A DNA stretch of 64,000 bases from a virus: positions 1 to 64,000 of IMG/VR virus record IMGVR_UViG_3300020183_000046; one strand, written 5' to 3'. How positions within the stretch are numbered: the stretch's first letter is position 1; each line of letters starts with the position of its first letter. Under the pieces are notes generated by a model that was not told where the DNA came from, did no database searches, and saw only the letters and a list, made by a program, of their open reading frames with translations. Positions 59,685-64,000 of this stretch are shown here, piece by piece. Made by a program: the position numbers and the translations under genes.

Positions 59685-60597
59685 AAGCTAGTTCTCCATC
59701 AATTCGCTTTCCATTAGAATCGATTCTTCCCAGCATTTCTGCCTGCTTTATTGGCATACCTACATTCAAGTAATCTTCATACAAGATGTTGATATCCCAC
59801 ATATTATCACAGTTTTTAAACTGAGAACGAATCGCATGATATTTGCCCAACAAAGAGGCATAATCTATAAGATATTTATCATGATGATCAAGCACTCTTT
59901 TTACTAAAACTTCCTTTGCCATTCCTCTAGTCATGCAAAGAATATCTAAAAATGGAGTCTTTGCTTCTTCATTTTCTTTATATTTTCTTGCTTCTTCTAA
60001 CTGATAAATCCAAGATTCAGTTTCAACATCGCAGCAATTTTTAAAATTTTTAAATCGTAAATCAAATTCATGCTCAATAACTAAGATTGCTTGCTTTTTC
60101 ATGAAAGAAATTGCAAGTTGAATATTTTCTTTCGGTGTAATTTTCTTTACTTTTTCGAATTTGAGCTCTCCAGTATCAGTCATTACTTGCTCATATTCTT
60201 TGTAATGAGCTCTAGTTTCCCCCTGAAATCTTACTCCATGAGTAAATTCTTTTTCTGGAATCTCGACATATCTCCTAAAAGATGATTTGATTGTTTCAAA
60301 AACAATTTTATTCATCTTGATTGTAGAGACATTACAAAAATTATATAAAACAAAGTAAGTAGTTTCGTCGGCTTTAATGTCAGCCAACCTCAAAGCATCT
60401 TCATGGATCATCATGTAGATAAACCCTTCTTTGATCTTCTCTTTATCCTTAATAAATTTTCTTGTCTCTAATTCTAAAGGATGCTGTGGTTCATATTTTG
60501 GACGTAAAAAATCTTCCTCTTGAATTAAATCTTGAGGGATTCTTTCCTTCCAAGCAACATCAAATGATTTTTCTTCTATAAAATTACTTGTTTCCAT
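59665..60597 (-). CDS. Hypothetical protein with tail-fibre-assembly-like C-terminal motif
   Basis: E.ESW..Q.EEA..Y......TPFLD.L...RG....LV..V. Confidence 0.6.
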   Translation of the reverse strand: METSNFIEEKSFDVAWKERIPQDLIQEEDFLRPKYEPQHPLELETRKFIKDKEKIKEGFIYMMIHEDALRLADIKADETTYFVLYNFCNVSTIKMNKIVFETIKSSFRRYVEIPEKEFTHGVRFQGETRAHYKEYEQVMTDTGELKFEKVKKITPKENIQLAISFMKKQAILVIEHEFDLRFKNFKNCCDVETESWIYQLEEARKYKENEEAKTPFLDILCMTRGMAKEVLVKRVLDHHDKYLIDYASLLGKYHAIRSQFKNCDNMWDINILYEDYLNVGMPIKQAEMLGRIDSNGKRIDGELAYGTFGF

Positions 60598-60730
60598 CTT
60601 TATTCTTAAGTTCTTCTATTTCTTTTTTTAGATTTTCTACTTCTAACTTAAGATATTTAAATTCTTCATATAGAACAAAATCTGGTCTATTGAAAAACAT
60701 ATTATTACTACTTCCAGTTTTTGATGACAT
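60584..60730 (-). CDS. Small coiled-coil peptide (48 aa)
   Basis: Manual translation ...EEFKYLKLEVENLKKEIEELKNK; TAATG coupling. Confidence 0.55.
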   Translation of the reverse strand: MSSKTGSSNNMFFNRPDFVLYEEFKYLKLEVENLKKEIEELKNKDGNK

Positions 60731-62160
60731 TACTGATACCTCCTACCAGTTACTGCAAATGCACCACTCACACATGCTCCAGAAGATTGCCCTTGGTGAC
60801 CTTTTGGCTCGGACTTAAATCCAAGAACAATATCAGAATCATTAGCATAAAAACGCTTCCACGTCCTATTGTTCTGATAGTTTCCTCCAGCATCTCCATA
60901 ATTTCCTAAGCAATATCCCCAGTCTTGTCCCTCTTCCATGTTTTCTTCTCCACTTGCAACATCTTTTTGGTTGAATTGTGATCCAATAGTAGTCGCAGTG
61001 AGATCATTAAATTTAATCCAAGGTAAAGTTACGTTTGCTCCAGCTCCATGATAGCAGTGACCCCATTTAGATGAAAGATTTTTTTTCCATCCATCATTAG
61101 TTCCCCAGCTAGTCAAGGTGTAACTAGTAACACTTTCACTACTAAATGTGACATAAACTGCATTTGAGTTATCTCCAAACAAATATCCTCTAGTTTCCCC
61201 TTCGCATCCAGTGGCATTACCATTAGTAAATCCACCAGCTAAACGAGTTGACATTTCAGTAATAAAGTTTAATCTTTGAATACTTGCTGGTCCACCACCA
61301 GCAGTATATCCTCTTTGAGTCACAAAACCAGAAACAGAACCTGGGTCGTCAGTACTATCCCAAGTATCCATGGAAGCACCGAGACTATCTGGAGTAGTGC
61401 TATAAGCGTCTCCGTGACCTGGACTGCCATTCGGACCAAATGTTCTATTCGTTCCGTTATGTAAGTTTATACTAGAAACAGATGCACCAGATCCACCGTA
61501 TGCGTTTTCTGTTCCAAATACATATCCATTAAAATCTCCAAAGTTTCCATCTACATACGATGCTGCTCTATCCAGCTGATCACCGCGAGAAATAGTAATA
61601 TCGGTTGCATGGAAAGTTTGATTTACAGTTCTCCATGGATTTGATCCACGGTATCCACCGATCAAAAATCCATGAGTAAAAATACTTCTATATCTAAAAC
61701 TTGATCCAACAGTAATATTATATAATGCCCCAGTAGAATCATACCACTGACCAGTTCCAGTATAGGGCAAATAATATGCACTAGATATTGTTGGATTTTG
61801 CCCTCCAGCAAGAGTAGTTGTTGATGGAGTGGATCTATACGTACCAAATTCATTTGAAAATGTTGTTAAACTCCCACCAGTATTCGGTCCTGTTGGTTGA
61901 GTTGCCCAATATGCTCCAGCACCAACACTTTCATTTGGCACAGCATTAGCCCAAAAAGCATTTTGTCCATCTGACATCAATACCGATCCAGCAGTTGCTG
62001 GAGATTGATTTGGGATTGCTGCAAATGGTTGACCGTTTTGAAGTAACTGACCCGTGAAGTTAATATTTCCAGTTACATCAACATTTTTTGGAATAGCTAC
62101 TGTGGTCCCACCGCTGGTTAAAGTATTGGCTTGTACAGTAGTGGTAGTTACCTGAGACAT
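60730..62160 (-). CDS. Putative virion fibre-tip protein with propeller-like repeats
   Basis: Fibre-like N-terminus; repeated G[YF]..GG units (HGFLIGGY, RGYTAGG, RGYLFG, WGYCLG). Confidence 0.6.
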   Translation of the reverse strand: MSQVTTTTVQANTLTSGGTTVAIPKNVDVTGNINFTGQLLQNGQPFAAIPNQSPATAGSVLMSDGQNAFWANAVPNESVGAGAYWATQPTGPNTGGSLTTFSNEFGTYRSTPSTTTLAGGQNPTISSAYYLPYTGTGQWYDSTGALYNITVGSSFRYRSIFTHGFLIGGYRGSNPWRTVNQTFHATDITISRGDQLDRAASYVDGNFGDFNGYVFGTENAYGGSGASVSSINLHNGTNRTFGPNGSPGHGDAYSTTPDSLGASMDTWDSTDDPGSVSGFVTQRGYTAGGGPASIQRLNFITEMSTRLAGGFTNGNATGCEGETRGYLFGDNSNAVYVTFSSESVTSYTLTSWGTNDGWKKNLSSKWGHCYHGAGANVTLPWIKFNDLTATTIGSQFNQKDVASGEENMEEGQDWGYCLGNYGDAGGNYQNNRTWKRFYANDSDIVLGFKSEPKGHQGQSSGACVSGAFAVTGRRYQ

Positions 62161-62166
62161 GATTTA

Positions 62167-62493
62167 CTACTCGGGTTTTGGATATTTTGCCTTAATGCTA
62201 TTTATTGTTTCTTTCCAAGCATCAATATCATGATAAATCATATCAAGTTGTTCTTCAATTGGAGGATACTCTGACTTTCTAGATCTTTGATATCTAGCAT
62301 TAGTATATTCCAACTCTAATTTTTTTACTTCTTGGTTTATTTCAAATTCTGAAGGGCACTCGCTATCATTTTCAGGTAACCAATTAATTCCTTCATATGA
62401 ATTATTTTCCACAATCCATTTTGATCCTGGTCTGAGACTTTCTAAAGCCAGGGCAATATTAATTCTTTTACCATCATCTCTAATAATTGTCAT
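62167..62493 (-). CDS. Tail fibre chaperone-like (XkdW-type) protein
   Basis: AL..LRPG..W; R..EYP.IEEQLDM.YHD...W...I..IK.KYPKP. Confidence 0.7.
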   Translation of the reverse strand: MTIIRDDGKRINIALALESLRPGSKWIVENNSYEGINWLPENDSECPSEFEINQEVKKLELEYTNARYQRSRKSEYPPIEEQLDMIYHDIDAWKETINSIKAKYPKPE

Positions 62494-63077
62494 ATTCTAA
62501 TCTCCCATATTTGAATATAATTTGATCCCCATCCATAGTTGAATTCACCAACTCCAGCATAAGGAGTAATACCAAGAGTAAATGTAGTTGAATTTTTATT
62601 TACAGCTGCGACTGATGTAAATACTCTAATTTCAGAGTGATGATTTAGTGCCTCTCCTTTATAATAAAAATCAAGAGAACTTCTTTGAAATGATGGATTT
62701 ACAAAAGTCCCATCTCTTTTTAAATACCCAGACATACCGAATCCACCATTAGATCTAGTTTGACACTGTGCAAAAATAACCAATTTACTATCAGAATATT
62801 TTGGCGTCATAGAAAGTGATACTGGAGTATCATAATTAGTTGCATCTGCAATATTCACATAGTTATCATTAGTAGATGGGACTATATAATCAACCATCTG
62901 TACGACACTTCCAGAGAACAAATTTGCCCCAGAAGATGTTTGTAAATTATCAGTTCTTACTGTTCCAGAAGTAAGAATACCACCAAAGTCAACATTTCCA
63001 GATGCATTTAGCTGCAAAAATGGAGTTGAAGCTCCAGCAGAGACGTGTTTGATTCTATCAACTCTAAGCTCAGACAT
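62490..63077 (-). CDS. Small fibre-associated protein
   Basis: MSELRVD.I; GSVVQ; ISMTP...SK..I-type motif; TATAAATA at 63101-63108. Confidence 0.65.
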   Translation of the reverse strand: MSELRVDRIKHVSAGASTPFLQLNASGNVDFGGILTSGTVRTDNLQTSSGANLFSGSVVQMVDYIVPSTNDNYVNIADATNYDTPVSLSMTPKYSDSKLVIFAQCQTRSNGGFGMSGYLKRDGTFVNPSFQRSSLDFYYKGEALNHHSEIRVFTSVAAVNKNSTTFTLGITPYAGVGEFNYGWGSNYIQIWEIRI

Positions 63078-63103
63078 TTTCTAAAATGACTATACAGGGT
63101 TAT

Positions 63104-64000
63104 TTATACGATGCTCCAGTATCCGCCACTATTGATGGTAACCGTAGTTCCATTTGCAATTGTGATTGGACCTGCGCTCATACAATTATCTCCATTAGCA
63201 ACAATTACATTTTCTGCTACTGTATTACGATTGCGCTTGAAGATTCCGTAAGTATCAATCCACTGCTTATCCCCAGTTGCTCTCAGAACAGTTGTCTTCT
63301 GACCACTAGCGAGTGCTTCTGCTGCGTTGATATTAATACCACTCTTAGCTCTTACTTCAAGTGCGTAAGTTGTCTGGAAGTAATCGGTGCCACTATTTCC
63401 ACCGAGCGTCATGGTGCCAGTATCAGTTAATGTGGCAACACAATTATCATTATCGGATCTCCAAACAAAATCATCTCCTGTTCTAAAGTATGTTGTGCCA
63501 TCAGTAGCAAAGAAGAATCTTTGTTGGGCATCAGTCGAAGTGATCCAAACATTAGTTGAACCTCCCAGGTACGGAAGCGTCAGTGCAGAGTAACCATCGA
63601 GCAGGTCAGCGTTCAGGTTGGTAACAACCGTAGTAGAACTAACCGTGAATGGTGCTGTTCCTGTAGCAACGCTAGATTCAAAGGTTGGAGATATCATCTT
63701 CACGTTAGCTGTAACATTACCATTTATGGCAATTGTTAAAGCATCAGTTCTAGTTGTTGGGAATAGTTGATTTCCATTACTGCTTGTTTGAGAAATTCTA
63801 AATAAACCACTCAACTGACCAATAGACCAGTGGGCAGTATCTATATCATGCAATTTGATACCAATACCATTACCAAAAGTTCTGCTTGCTACAGCATCAC
63901 CAATACGCATCCATGGAGCGTTTTGATCCAATCCAAGAGCGTTAACATCATTTGCATCTGTTCCAGCATTAAGAAGTCTCAGAATTGCATCGGTTTGAAC
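63104..64000 (-). CDS. Tail fibre protein, C-terminal part (5' end outside window)
   Basis: Frame open to the window edge; GTAPF.V.STT.V.NLNADLLDG and terminal SAGPITI..G.TVTI..G..W.IV motifs. Confidence 0.8.
   Translation of the reverse strand, partial: VQTDAILRLLNAGTDANDVNALGLDQNAPWMRIGDAVASRTFGNGIGIKLHDIDTAHWSIGQLSGLFRISQTSSNGNQLFPTTRTDALTIAINGNVTANVKMISPTFESSVATGTAPFTVSSTTVVTNLNADLLDGYSALTLPYLGGSTNVWITSTDAQQRFFFATDGTTYFRTGDDFVWRSDNDNCVATLTDTGTMTLGGNSGTDYFQTTYALEVRAKSGININAAEALASGQKTTVLRATGDKQWIDTYGIFKRNRNTVAENVIVANGDNCMSAGPITIANGTTVTINSGGYWSIV

Overview
64 kb of a T4-like cyanophage genome (cyanomyovirus; probably Synechococcus/Prochlorococcus-infecting, from pebS, cobS, hsp20, mazG, speD and gene order). 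Essentially all genes are on the minus strand. In transcription order (right to left): tail-fibre end plus an AT-rich accessory cassette (propeller-like protein, chaperone-like proteins, U32-methyltransferase fusion, 2OG oxygenase); a 1690-aa S8 protease/Ig-repeat protein; g13-g23; g3, uvsY, uvsW, g55, g47, g46; VWA/peptidase, denV-like, speD, cobS, pebS; g45, g44, dam, g62, regA, hsp20; g43, uvsX, g41, mazG; a late nuclease/ligase-like/nucleotidyltransferase/capsid-cargo block; g61; and the 5' part of nrdA. No tRNA, CRISPR, intron or intein was seen. The most notable observations are a dnaX-like -1 frameshift signal at about 5995, a separate protein carrying a copy of the mature gp23 N-arm peptide, the U32-methyltransferase cassette, the Ig-decorated subtilase with a cupredoxin-like insert, and promoters embedded in inverted repeats. 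All family calls come from motif recognition by eye, without database searches.
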